Below are positions 24,481 to 37,500 of a DNA stretch of 64,000 nucleotides, piece by piece. Position 1 is the stretch's first letter, and each line of letters starts with the position of its first letter. Source of the DNA: Takakia lepidozioides. Lineage: Eukaryota; Plantae; Bryophyta. The stretch is taken from the NCBI GenBank assembly GCA_030704615.1, contig CM060732.1:3534001-3598000 (forward strand), written 5' to 3'. A model generated the notes under the pieces. It did no database searches and was not told the origin of the DNA. It was given only the letters and a program-made list of their open reading frames with translations. Position numbers and translations under genes: made by a program.

Positions 24481-26663
24481 CTTGTGACAAGACCTACTAA
24501 CCCAAGAGAGGTGAAGGAAGCTTGTGAAGGAGAGTATTAACCCCCACAGTGGCCAAGAGGCCCATGGGTTTGTGTTTTGTTGTTTTATTATGAGTGAAAG
24601 AGTGGTCTAACATTGGGGAACACTAACCATTTAGTGGGACCTGTCTCTAACTATGTGTGTGATGACTACTAACCTTGGCCATTACGCCTTTGCATGTTTA
24701 TTTTTACTAATGGGGAAATATATGATAAACTAACCAAGGTTGGTCTATTTAGGTGCATATGTTGTTTACTTTTGGTATTTTGCTTTGTGTGAGTGAAGGT
24801 GAGGGGAAAAATGGGCTGAGTGGCCTAGACCCACTTCATTTCAATACTACACTTGTTACGCACCACCTCCCCCCATGAGAGAGAGAGTGAGTGAGTGGGC
24901 ATGAGTGAGTGGGCATGTTAACCCTTAAGCGCCCAGTGCCCAAGGTTGACTTTTTGAGAAATGTGGACCCCAGCTCAGAAAAATGCCCAATGTTCCCCCT
25001 TTCGGTGACCCTTGTGCCCCGAGCCTCTTTGTAAATTCCTATGGTCAAGGCAGTACGGATTGGCGCCCTACGCTTGATCGCTTTTTCGCTCGCTTTACTA
25101 GCTTTGATCGCTTAATGGGCTTGCATTGTTCTCGGGTTACTACTCCCTATATATACTTCTGTAAGTCCTTGTTGGTGCACCACCACGATGAGTCTCGGTC
25201 CACTCCCCACGGCTCCATTGGCCTGCAGTGAGTTTCAAAATTGACCCACGATTCCCATCCACTATTGCTAAGCCCCTTTGTGAGTTCCCCCCACCCGCTC
25301 TATGCCTCCACCACCCCGTGATCAGCCCACTCGAGGTCCCCACCGCCCACCGGTTGGGGGACCCGCCTACACCTACTTCCAGAAAGCTTCTTCGAGACGT
25401 TAGGACAAGCCGCTTAGGCACAGATTGCTTCACATTCATACTTCCCAGGACCGCACGTGTGTGCCAGGGGCCATCATTTTTCCCACTATCCCGAGGGGAG
25501 AGCAACCCTAGCCTAGAAAGAGAAGAGACCTTACATAATAATATCTTATTTTCGCCCTATAGTTTAAGGCCATTTATCCATTAAAAATAGATTTTTGAAA
25601 GAAAAATTAGAACAAATACTATTTAAATATGTTTTTAATAGGAAAATAGAAATATACTTATAAATGTATAATAATACTATTTATATTTTCTAGCGAGTTT
25701 CTAAGTAGGAAATCTTTTTTTAAAATTATTATTATTATAAAAAATGATCATGGGCCTGCAAAATTTTATTGGAGTGGCAAAAATGAGAACAGAGAGGAGG
25801 AAAAAATAACCTTCTAGGGGCCGTAAAGGCGTATCACATGGGGAACACCCAACACTGGAAGGGAGTTGGGAAGGAGAGTGGGAGCAATCTAGAACAAAAG
25901 CCTCGGGGGTGGGGGGGGGGGGGGGATTGCCAGATGGCCTAAAAAGGATGAGACCACTAACCATAAGTGCAGCCTAGCTATATGGCTTAAAAGTAGCTAT
26001 CGGGGGGACCAATGGAGAATTTTATCATAAGTCCAGAAAAAATTCTAGCTGCCAAATTTCAACTGAACTTTGGACTTAGCTGCACACAAGCTGAGATGCG
26101 TCCAGTTGACGTCGGGTCCTTCCGACTCAGCAGGGGATTTGCCATTCCCGGGGGATGGGATCATGCCAAGTGATTCGCGAGTCTGAGATCCTGGTGCAGA
26201 GGAGGCTGTCTTTAGCCCAGGAGAGGTCGAAGTCCGCGAAAAGTTGATTGCGCCTCCTGTCGATGCATCTGGCTGAAGCAAGGATGTTGATCCCGCGACT
26301 GTGGAAGGAGAGGGTGCGGCTGGGGGTGGTGTGGTTTATTATTATTATTATTATTATTTTAAGCCCCCCTTTTAAACTATTTCATAATGCAGAAAAATAA
26401 CTAATTCTAGAAAAATATGCATTAGGTAGGGAATACTCTTAGCTTTCCAATGAGCCCTAGCTCAACCCCTAGGTATGCCAACAGCCCCTCCATCTAGCCA
26501 AAATACTAATACCGTCATGGGAAATCCATAGGAGAATTGCCCAATGGGTCGAAACACCCCCCTAAGGCCCTAATTTATTGATGCTAGCCCCCCTATTCAA
26601 AAACATCAAAAACCCCGCCCCCATAACCCATGCAGTCTCAACCGTCATTTCAACCCTCCACGA

Positions 26664-27270
26664 ATGTTCTCGCGCACACTCATCCTTACCCCCATTCATC
26701 TAGACACCCCGTTCATTCCCCATGACTGCCACCCTAAATTCATCCAGAGGTTGTCATCCAAACCCACCCCTGCCACCTTACACCCGCTTAGCCTACCTCT
26801 CCCCCCTAGCTGTCACCGTAACCCCCCACCAGTGTCCACTCTCACACTCACCCACATCCGCCCACCCGCCCAACCTATGTTCTATTGTCAGATCACAACC
26901 CCTAGGCCCACGTCTCCCCCCCCCCGCCCGACCTTGGTCTTTAACCCCACCCCCCCCCTCATCACTACCTTGGCCCCCCAACATACTTCCTCCACCCACC
27001 CAATTTATTCTAACCACTCTACCCCATCCCCAACCCACCACACCCTTAAACATATTTTTCAGCAGCCCCTCACCACCTCACTAGTCTGTCAAAAATTCTA
27101 CCACATATTCCAACCCCACCCCTTCATGTACAACCCCCGAGGCCGATACCCACTATTCCTAGGTAAGTCTAAACATTTCTACCATCACCCTCCCAACCCG
27201 GACAACTTACACACGGACATCTGCTTGACCCTATTACTACTTAGATGTGGGGACATACACCCTAATCCTC
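26664..27270 (+). pseudogene. Non-LTR retrotransposon ORF start ending in a 2A-like motif, truncated
   Basis: C-rich strand; ORF ends ...ICLTLLLLRCGDIHPNP, then switches abruptly to other sequence. Confidence 0.5.
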
Positions 27271-27299
27271 ATCATGACAATTCAACCTAGGGAAAAAAA

Positions 27300-27962
27300 T
27301 CCTTAGCGGTAAGCATGTGTGTGCAGGGGCTTGGGATTAAGGTGTCGTCAACGCCATCTTAATTCCCAGCAAGTTTTCCATTATTTATTTATTTATTCGT
27401 ACTGGGAATTAAGATGTCGTTGACGACACCTTAATCCCCACCACCTGTGCACACACACCACCTTACCGCCAAGGCTTCTTCACCTTGAAACTTTTTTGGG
27501 TTCAAATTTTTTTGGTTAATTTTTTTGGGAGAATTTTTTCGGGGATTTTGGTTTTTCTGGGAGTTGTCATGTGCCAACTCGTACTAGGAATTAAGATGTT
27601 GTTGACGACACCTTAATCCCGAGCACATGCACACACACCATGGTTCATTCATGTCGCTCATTTTTCATCCAAAAGTCATCCAACATTCATCCATTCCCTT
27701 TTTCATTCATCTCAAAACCATTCATCCGGCAGCTTTTCATCGCACATTCGTACCATGTGGTCGTCACCCAGCAAAGATTCTTCCAGATGAGGTGGAGATT
27801 GCATTCGTGCAGTGTAGTTTTTTGTCCACGGCAATAGGCCCTCTTCTTTCCTCAGTTGTAGGCTCCCATTCACTAATCTGCTCACGCTTAAGGGATTCTG
27901 CTCATGGTTACCACTTAAAGCGTGAGCGTGCTCACGTGAGCTGCTCACATGGTAATACCCTC
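27300..27962 (-). mobile_element. Gene-less relative of the ParB-MTase element (terminus, GGATGA tract and palindrome cores)
   Basis: Minus strand from 27962 reads GAGGGTATTACCATGTGAGCAGCTCACGTGAGCACGCTCACG. TCATCC repeats at 27640-27740 mirror the GGATGA tract at ~43940-44060. Three TGTCGTCAACG(A/C)CA-type cores at ~27343, ~27414 and ~27597. Confidence 0.6.
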
Positions 27963-28470
27963 GCAATATGGCATTGTGTGAGAACTGGCAGAAACGTGAT
28001 GTGGGATGACTGTTGAGCAGAAATTGGAGAGGGAACAGTGAACGGGGTATGGGGTCAAATATGGTGGGGGGGAGAAATGAGAGTAGGAGGTACTGGCGGT
28101 AGTGCAATATAACAGAGAGGGAGGTGGTGTAGTGGGCGCGCCATGGCTGATAGCTGATCTATTGGAGTAATTAATGTGGCCTTGGTTACTGTTTGCAGTG
28201 CTGCAAGCAGTGGGTGCGCGTCTGAGTGGAGGAGCCGAGAGGCTGGATATGAAGCAGGGCACCAGTAGAGGAGCAGCGTAATCGGTGAAGAAATAGGCAG
28301 GTTGGGATGGTGTAGTGTGGAGCGGTGTGGTGTAAAATAAATGGTGGAGAAGACAAATCTTATAAACGAGGACGAGGGGAGTAGAAGTGGCGGGGTGGCA
28401 TCCTTGAGACTTGAAGCGCCAGGCCCGACGAGAGGCCCGATGAGAAGGGAGGCAACAAGTAGTCGTAGAA

Positions 28471-28510
28471 GGGGGCTGCTATTTCATGAGCGGCATGAGC
28501 ATGAGCGGAA
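28471..28510 (+). repeat. Isolated transposon-terminus-like motif
   Basis: GGGGGCTGCTATTTCATGAGCGGCATGAGCATGAGCGG; inverted match to 24443-24480. Confidence 0.45.
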
Positions 28511-31500
28511 AAAAAAAAAAAACATGAGCGGACCATTGTGTGTCCACGGTTTCTTTATCATTGTGTGGACTAGTGACTGCCATAGTGGGCAGCATAGTGG
28601 CAGCCTAGTGACTGACTAGTTGCAGCCTAGTAGTTGGACTAATGGTGGACTAGTGGTATACTAATGTGTGGTGTGCACAGGTGTTGTGTGGTTTTGGGAC
28701 AACGATGTAGTTGTGTAGCGATATGTATGCGCACGACACTCTCTACAGTGGTTTCATTGTGTGTCTTTTAAGCTCTATTTTGCTGTACTTTTCGGAGCAA
28801 TCTTCACTGACCGAATCCCCCTTCACGGTGTATGGGCCCAGCACCAACACCATCTGGTGTCCCACGCAGGCGCGAACGCCACTGAAGTACGCCCATGCTG
28901 CCCAACAACACAAGGATCCTTGCACCAGGCCTCCGCCCTTGGCCTACTTTTCATGTTGAAGAAACCCGCCCGACGCTCCTAGCGATCTCTGATTCATACC
29001 TTTCGCAAGCTACACTTCTTACCCAGGGTCTGAAGTATGACCTTATGGCATTCCCCCTAAGATATTTCATACTAGTTCCTGGTTCATTTATAGCAAATCT
29101 CTCTTGCTATGCTGCTTTAAGGCCATTGTGCTTACTTGCGAGATGTTTTATGGTGATCTACTTCTGAGACTCTCGTGCTTGGTGGGCTCTGCTTGGTTCC
29201 GGCATCACGGCATTCTCTGCCCTCCAGCATATTACCCGAGCCACCACTTGACATGGAGGGCGCTGGACTCCAGATTCCTTATCTGTAAAACACTATTAGT
29301 CGGCGCCGACTTTATCTTCGATTATGAACACAAAAAACCAGCTCGGGTTTAAAGTCTGTGCGAAACTCCTACACTACAGGATGCGCCCTCATCATTATGC
29401 TATTTCTTATCTCACCCTCTAATGCACTCATCACGCACCACGAACAAGTGCCTGTTACACTCGACCACCCTATAATCAATAGTGCGAGCACCAACACAGC
29501 ACCTAGCTGGCCCGGCTTGCTTAAGCTCACTAGTGCAGATGGCGGCCTTTGGATCAACAAGTTTGTGAGGGTCTATCTAGGGGTTTGTCCGACTGTTGCT
29601 GAGAACAGGAGTATGTGCGGTATCTGTGTCTCAAATCTGCCCCTATGTGCGAGCTTCTCTCTCCCGGAATAGCTCTGGAGTAGAAGCCACCCCGGCCAGC
29701 AATTGGCCTTGCCCCCCTCTCTCTTCAACCGCATGCATCCCCATAAACAGTCTGATCCCGCCCATGCCTTGCAGCAGCTCCAGTACAAATCCAACAACAT
29801 CAAGAAGCGGGTGTTTTGATGGAAAGGTATGAATTCTACTTTATGTGGGCCAGGCTATGGGCCAATACATTTTGCTGCTCTCCTTCCCATGAGCTTGACG
29901 ACTGCCACATCGTATACAAGGCCCCTTTAGTAGCATCACCCCTGTTTCAACACGAGCTGCATGAGCAGCTCATTGATGACTATCTGGGCCCTAGCTCGAG
30001 TATATCTATAGGTCGACTGGAGATTAACGAAATGAAACAACTCTACTTCTACTTCCCTGGGTGGGCTACTGGTGGTTGATGGGCCCTGGACTGGCTGTTG
30101 ACAATTGGACACCGCCTTGTGAGTGGTTTATGGTCTGGACTTGGGGGTATGCTTGGCCACCCGATTACAGTCATTAACAATGGCCCACCCAAGTCACCAA
30201 TTCAAGCCTCGAGACCCCCCCCGCAGCAACCACTGGCGTCATGGGCCCCCTGCCCCGGGACACTCCAGGGATTTCTATTCTACCTGGAGTCGTTCCACCC
30301 CCACTTCTCCTTTAAGGCTGACTCTCTCTATCAATTTAGCACTCAGGCAGTACTATCTTTCAATTATGTTGCCTCTCAACGATCTATGGTTATTTGATTC
30401 ACTGCCACCAATCCCTCACCTGTTATGTATCAACTCCATGCAGGCTCCATCACTCACATCTTGCGGACATGCTATGGCTCAGGGCAAGACCCCTCGACAT
30501 ACAACTACCTGGTTGATTTACAGTGCTACCATCTGGTCACCATGACCTATGGCCATACAACATTATTTACAGGATTCTTCGTCCCAGGGATAGTAACCCT
30601 ACTCTGCAACTACATGGTGCCATCTGCCACCCTCTTCTCTTGGGTCCCCGTATTTCCAGACCTCTGCAACTGAGTCACTCCATACAGCTACTGTTCACCA
30701 TACTCCTAGGGCTACTATCTTGAAATCTCTACATGCTATCTCTCTAATGTAGTTATACCATCACACTATTGTTCTCTTATATTGTACACTAGGATGTATT
30801 GGCTTTCTAAATGCTGCCCTATCTCATGGCTACCAAAACCATATATGCCCTCCTCTGAAGGCTCTAGTTCACTACCTCCACATTGATGGGGTTTCATTAC
30901 CATTTTTATGTTGTTCAGAACTACTGGCTTCCTTGGGACTCTGCTTCCCGTCACTCTCTACTTCATCTCTTGATCACCAAAGTGACTTTTAAAGGCTCGT
31001 TCGCCAGTGATCGGTTACCGCTACAATGCTACTCATATCTATATGATATCCAAAAAATTTATTACAAACTCTTCTCAAATGGCTCTCAGAACTATAGTCT
31101 GCTCCGGCATAGGATCAACTCTCTTTACTGTCCTCTTGAACGCTCTCTTACACGTGATGGTCCTCCTATCTGGGAACTACAGTCTACTCTATAACAGAAC
31201 CAACTATTGCACCACCTTGAATGTGTTCTTACAAATTGGTCCCCCCCTCCCCCTTCATACTCCCTTCAATAGGCTCTCAGAACCATAGTCTTCTCTTTAG
31301 TGATGGGTTACCACCACACAGTTACTATAGTCCTTTCCCGAACACTAGTTACCTCTACATTCTCACCCTCATCTACATGATACTTGAAGTTGCTTCTACA
31401 TACTCCTCTCAAAATGCTCTCGGAACTATAGTCTACTGTGGTTACTGGTGGTACACACGGGCGCATGATTGAGAAGGGGGGCGGAGCTCCGCCTCCCCGC

Positions 31501-32368
31501 CGCCACCTCTACTAGTTCACTAGACATGACTAACATTTTAGGTTTCCACTATTTTTCCATAATCCTAGTTATTATTAACGCTCTTTTTAGCGGCCCTGCT
31601 ATTCTTCCACCTACCAATGCACATGTGGTGCGTTCTCCTCCCCCCACCACTGCAGACCTGCATTTCCTCCCCGTCTCGCTCCTTAGGCATGCGCTTGCTC
31701 ATAGTTTATATCCTTATGTGCTGCCTCTTGTTTACGCGTTTCTTGTGATCATCTTTGTGGTTATTTTGACTACTTGTACTGTTATTCTCTACACCAACAC
31801 CCCGAGGCCTCTCTTATATTTCCTGATCATCATCAACACTGTTACGACTATAGCTCGGCAATGGAATGCCTCCAACTACTATATGTTGCACTGGCTCTTC
31901 ACAAATAACGTGCCTCCTACAAGCTCCTTCCTGCTGTCTCCTTTGAAGTTACAGCGAGGAGAGACGGGTCCTTGAGGCGACATTGCCGCCACTATCAATG
32001 TGGTAAAGCGGTTCAGCGAGCTGGAGCTCCAGCTTTGTTTCGGCCAGCCCCCAACATGATTTGATATGTGCTCACAGGCGCCTGCTACATGCTGCTGATT
32101 GTATCCAGTCTCCCCCCTTGCGAAGGACAACAAGACTCTCTCAAGGCTGTCAACTCCTCCATACGTTATGAGATGTACAAGGCTTCTTCCCAAAGCTCTT
32201 ACAGGCTCGACAAAGGCAGAGAGAGAAGACTTTGGCTGTAGCCGGCATAACTAAGAGCCACTTCGCCTTACGGCTACTGCCCCCTTTCAAGGGTGGGCCC
32301 TATAAAAGGAAAGGTGTCCTGTGGGACACCAGGTAACCAAGGAGAGAGAGAGAGAGAGGGGAGGGCTG

Positions 32369-32993
32369 CTATGAAACCCTTGAGTTTCCAGGGGGACCCT
32401 GGGGAACCCAGGGTGCACTAGGAGGGCTAGCTTCAAGTTGGCGTTTGTTGGTGATGATGGCTGTAAGGGAACGAAGTGCTATAAGATGGATTGGGTATTT
32501 TGAAGTTATCATGTAAATCATTGATACTAGCGTTGTGTATGCCGCCTCGGGTTCCGGCAGTGTGAGTGGGCCAGTCTTCCATCCCTGTCGACAAATTGCA
32601 AGAATGAGTGGGGCGTATTTTTGTCGTTTTTCCAGGATTGAATCGTGGGGGTATCGATCATGGCAGAATGTAAACTCGATAAAGTGGATGATGAGTTGTG
32701 GGGATGGTGAGGTAGGTGGCGAGGCTGTAACGGGTAGCCCCTGAATAATGAGTATGTCCGGGCATAGCCGGGCGGGGCATGAGCAGGGTAATCGGGTACA
32801 AGTACATGGTAAAAGCCATGGCGGCACAGTGTGATCTGGTGGCCTCCCTTGGAAGGTATCGGCATTAATGAGTGTGAACCATTGGGTTTCGGCGCGTTTT
32901 GTGAATAGTTTGTAGAGATGCCAGACTGCTTGGTTGTGGCGGGTGATATGAAGACCATGGATGACCGGATGTGTGCATTGGCTCAGGAGGTGC
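32369..32993 (-). pseudogene. 3' end of an RLE-type (R2/NeSL/CRE-like) non-LTR retrotransposon, interrupted by element 2
   Basis: RHNQAV...LCPDILII...FIEFTFCHD...EKRQKYAPL, i.e. the RHN / PD / E / K..KY restriction-like endonuclease motifs; cut at the element 2 LTR. Confidence 0.75.
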
Positions 32994-33892
32994 TGTTAGA
33001 GGGCTGCTTGGGACTTAGACGCTTTTACGGGTTCTGTGGGGTACCCTTAATTTTTGCGCAGACTGAGACCAACATGAGCCTTAGGGGTGACAGCAGCGCA
33101 CTTTAGGGGGGGGTTACACAGCCCGACACAGTCCGTCAAAGCCAATCACAGCTGACACAGCCCGACACAGCCAGACACAGCCCGCCACAGCTTCGCACAG
33201 CCAGTCACAGCCCGTCACAGCCAGTCACAGCTCGGCACAGCTTGACACAGCCTGTCACAGTACATGGGGAACAGTTATCAATGGCAGGGAACGACTGTGA
33301 GGGAACGACATCTGCAGAAGGAACGTGATACTTCGGGGATAACGGTTTATTAATTAGGTGGTTAGAACAGCTTGGGGGGCAGATAAGGAGAGCGGCAACG
33401 GAAAGAAAGACACTTCACGGGGGAGCGCTTGAGGGTCATGGAGGAGAGGAGATCAGGCGGAGAGCAAGAACGAGAGCACGGAGTAGGAGGAGAGATGAAC
33501 AGTAGATGCTTTAATTCATGCAGAGTTGTAGTGATACTGTAGGGTGGATTAGAGTCACTTGACATTGGCCTAGTACCTGATAAATCGTAATCTGATACTT
33601 ATTCGATACAAGCACACTGTGTAGAGAGACATGAATGAAGCTGTGAAATGAATGCATGATTAACTGGAACTAAGAAGATACTGAAGCAAACTGATGCTTC
33701 AGTATCAGATAAGGTAAATTGTTAACATGAAGGCAAGAAGGAATACAAAGGGGAAACACAACCATGATTCACTAGCTGCAGGTCATGACTGATTGTACTG
33801 AGCGGGCTGAGTGCTTAGAGATATCCAACTCTTCTGTCTTGGAGTTACCACCTTAGATAGCGAATGGATGGGTGAGTAAAAGCCGCTCGACA
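32994..33892 (+). repeat. 5' LTR of element 2
   Basis: Ends homologous to the element 1 LTRs; 10-nt-period CACAGC tract at ~33117-33260. Confidence 0.92.
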
Positions 33893-34480
33893 TTTGGCGA
33901 CCATACTGGGGAACTAAGTCTTGAACAACCAGATGTGACAGGCATCTGGTGGGATCATGGTGGTTGGAGAATTAAAGAATTTGATGTGAATCAAATTCCC
34001 TGTGAAACTGAGAAGGAAAGATTGTCCAAACGATTCTTTCAGAGGTTCTTGGAATTGCCAGACAGTTGTAAAGAAAACATTCTTAAAAGAGTGCATGATG
34101 CTGACCCTGAGTGGGGTCTGGAGAAGGGAGTGATAAAGATTTATCAGGTGGCATGTAGAGGAAGAGCATGTTGGTTACCAACACTGGTTTATGTGATAGC
34201 GTTGCTATCCATTAAGCGAGTAGAGTTTGAAGGCTGGGAGGAAAGGAAGGCGAATGTTTATACTCATATGCATGAAGAGCTTGTACTGGTAAAGAATTGG
34301 ATTCCAAAGGATATTCTGTGGATCAAACTCACACCAAGAACAGCTTTCTAGACTTGTTTGCCATATGGTTATATGGTAACGGAGACTTCTAGTATAGCCA
34401 AAGGTGCACTAAAGCTTGAAAGAAACCCAGGCATATACAAGAGATACTACAGAAGAGAGTTTTGGTTACTGCCACATTAA
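33785..34480 (+). pseudogene. ORF0 of element 2 (two premature TAG)
   Basis: MTDC...PP*...GDHTGEL...GIWWDHGGW...RTAF*TCLPYG...EFWLLPH*; colinear with 15450-14756. Confidence 0.65.
33895..33912 (+). other. Primer-binding site (probably tRNA-Arg)
   Basis: TGGCGACCATACTGGGGA. Confidence 0.85.
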
Positions 34481-34500
34481 AGAAATGAAAGACATGGGAC

Positions 34501-37500
34501 ATGAGTGATGAAAGAGAAGCTAGACTCCAGAGATATTCAGCAAAAAGAGAAAGTTATCTGAAACCTAATTATCCATATCTTTGGGAGAGGGGAATAGACA
34601 TAGGGGAATCATCTGGACATCTCACACCATTAAGATCAGAGAGTACATCACCCATACCGGAAGAACTAGAGTTGGATGCCACTCCTTCTTTTTCTTTGCA
34701 AGAAAGATTAAGGGAATTGGTACGGGAAGAAGATCAACCACGAGGTGAAAGATCTGAGGTACATCCCTGGATAAAAGATTTGATAGAAATCTTTGATAAG
34801 AGTTGGCATGGAACACCAAAAGCAGGAACTCCAGTTTCTGAAACGGAAGGTGAAGAAGGAGGAGAGGATGTGGCAGAGCCAACGGAGAGTTCAGACTCTC
34901 CAACACCATTACAGTTGAGTTACATGAGTGAAGAAGAAACCAAGGGCAGAACTTGGAGGATGAAAATAGAGAGAAGAAATTGGAAGAGGAAGAGTATGAA
35001 GAAGTAGACCCAACAGCTGAGGTTGAGACTACAACCAGGACATCCCAACCCGTTGGACCTGGATCAAGTGGAGCACTTGGATCACAGGCCAACGAAGGTG
35101 TCGGCTCAGGGGGATCAGGCGGGCTGCCTGGATCTCGCTCTGGGGGGACAGGGAGTGTGGGAAGTAGTGCAAATGGAGCTGGGAATACTGTGAATGTCGT
35201 GGGGCCAGTAGCAGGGAGTGCTCAGGGGCCACCACTGGGTGGAAGATCCACCACAACTACAACAGGTCCTCAAGGACCAGCACCAGCAAGGGTGCCAGCA
35301 TCTGTCAGTGGGCAGAGGGTAGGGCCACAGATGGCGTTACAACCAACACGGGAAAAACCTCATTTTCCAATATATTCAGGAAAAGGGGATCCCGATGTAC
35401 ACATTAGCCAATTTGAGCACATGTGTATAGTGAACAATGAGAATGGCGATGATGCCAAGATGAGACTGTTTCCTTGTTCCCTTATCAAGAAGGCAAGTGA
35501 ATGGTATGCAAGATTCCCTGATAATCATTTCCTAACCTGGAATGGCTTGAATACAACATTCCGAAATAGGTTCAGGACAAGTAAAACTGAGGATGAAGTG
35601 TATGGAAGTTTACAACAGTTAAAGCAAAAGAAGCATGAAACTGTTGAGGAGTATATGGAAAAGATGGAATTGATGATGAAAAAGCTGGCTGCTGTACAAG
35701 CACCAGGTTTACAGAAGACTTGGTTTGTGAGTGGACTAAGACCAGAGTTGCAAAAGAAAGTGGATATGTTACCCCATAATACAGTGGAGGAGGCATTTGA
35801 AACAACGAACAGAATTGAGCAATTGGGAATGCTCAGGAGAGAGAAAGGGATGATGAGGACTCTGAGGATGAGTCAGATGAGGAAGAAGAGCAAGAGCTGA
35901 AAAGGAAGAGTAAGAGGAAGGAGAAGTTGAAGAGGGATAACTATGAGAAAATATTAGAAGAAATCTTGAAGAAGAATGCCACAAAGGCTGCAACACATTG
36001 GAGGAAGGGTGTTTGGTGAGCAAAGTGCCAGAATGAAGGCCATACCACCACTGAATGCCACATGAAGGAGAAACACTGTACTATCTGTAAAATGGATAAC
36101 CATTCTACTGAGAATTGTTACTACAACAGAAGGACAGCAGCTAGAGAACCTAGGCAAGTAAGGGTGCATCAAGTGCAGCCCCAGCCAAGAAGAAACAGTG
36201 ATCAGGACCACTATGGTAGGCCTGGTGGTTATAACAATGGCATGGAAGGGAGAGGTAATTTAAGAGGGAATTACCAAGGAAATTCCAGAGGCAACTATCA
36301 GGGTAATCCAAGGGGGAATTACCATCCAGGGAATCAGGATTACAGAAATAATCCTAGAGCAGACCAAGGGCGAGGACCCAATGGTGAAGAACTGTGTTAC
36401 TATTGTAATCAGGCAGGACATCGCAAGGCAGCCTCTTCATTCTGGATTAGACGCCAGAATGAGATGAGAGCTCCTGTGAATGAGGGCCCAGTGGTGGCAG
36501 CTCACATGGTTAGGCCATGTGTTGTACCAGAAGTAAGTACAATGATAGTAACGAGAAGCAAAGCCAAACTAATACCTCCAGTAGTTGAGGAAGATGATGA
36601 TAATGAAGATGGCAGTGATGTGCGTGAAGATGATGAGGCTTGGAGGGATGAGAAAGAACTGCACAAAGAAGTGGCAGATACCATAAGAGAATTGCAGAAA
36701 AGTACTGATATTCCTATGGCAGATTCCTCTGATTCTGATGGAGAAGAAGAAGTGAGTGAGGATGAAAGGAAGAAAGAAGTTGTAGACATGCAGAGTAATG
36801 AAGGGACTTTGGCTGAAGTAATATGTCAGACCAAAGCAGAGATTACCATTGGACAGCTATTGGCTGTGGCACCTTATTGTAGACACAGGCTGTATCAAGC
36901 AATCAATCAAATTGCCCATGTGACAGGAAACACAGACCTGAACAGCAAGGTGACCAGTTATAATGTGAAGCCGGAAGGGCGAGAAGCAGTCATGGACTTT
37001 GATGATTCTATGCAAGTAATCCAATTGAGAATTGGAAGCACAGAACTAACTGATGTACTGATAGATGGAGGCTCTGGAGTGAATATCATGACAGACCAAT
37101 TAAGGCAGAAGCTTGGTCTAAGTAACATGAAACCAGCCCCATTTACAGTAACAATGGCAAATCAAAGAAGTGTACAACCATTGGGATTGATAAGAGGAGT
37201 TAAGATACAGATTCAAAAGATGATCTTTATGATCACAGTAACTGTGTTAAAAATGGATGAAGTCATGGAAGCTTACTCATTATTGTTGGGACGTCCGTGG
37301 CGAAACAGGCCAGGGTATTCCATGACTGGAATTCCCAGTTACTAACTGTGCATAATGGGATGCACAAGATACAAATTACCACTAAGAAATCTAGTAGATT
37401 ACCTGCTACGAGAAGACCTCGAGGGGTCAGGGAGTATGACTGGAGGGGAGGATTGGATGAGGAGCAGGAAGCTACCCTGTTTGCTGCACACCTAGAGTGG

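Noticed and set aside
24854-25535. Solo LTR (TGTTACG...CCTTACA with a TATA-like box)
   Set aside because: No matching TSD (ACACT versus TAATA), and no PBS or PPT adjacent; it may be an LTR relic but cannot be supported.
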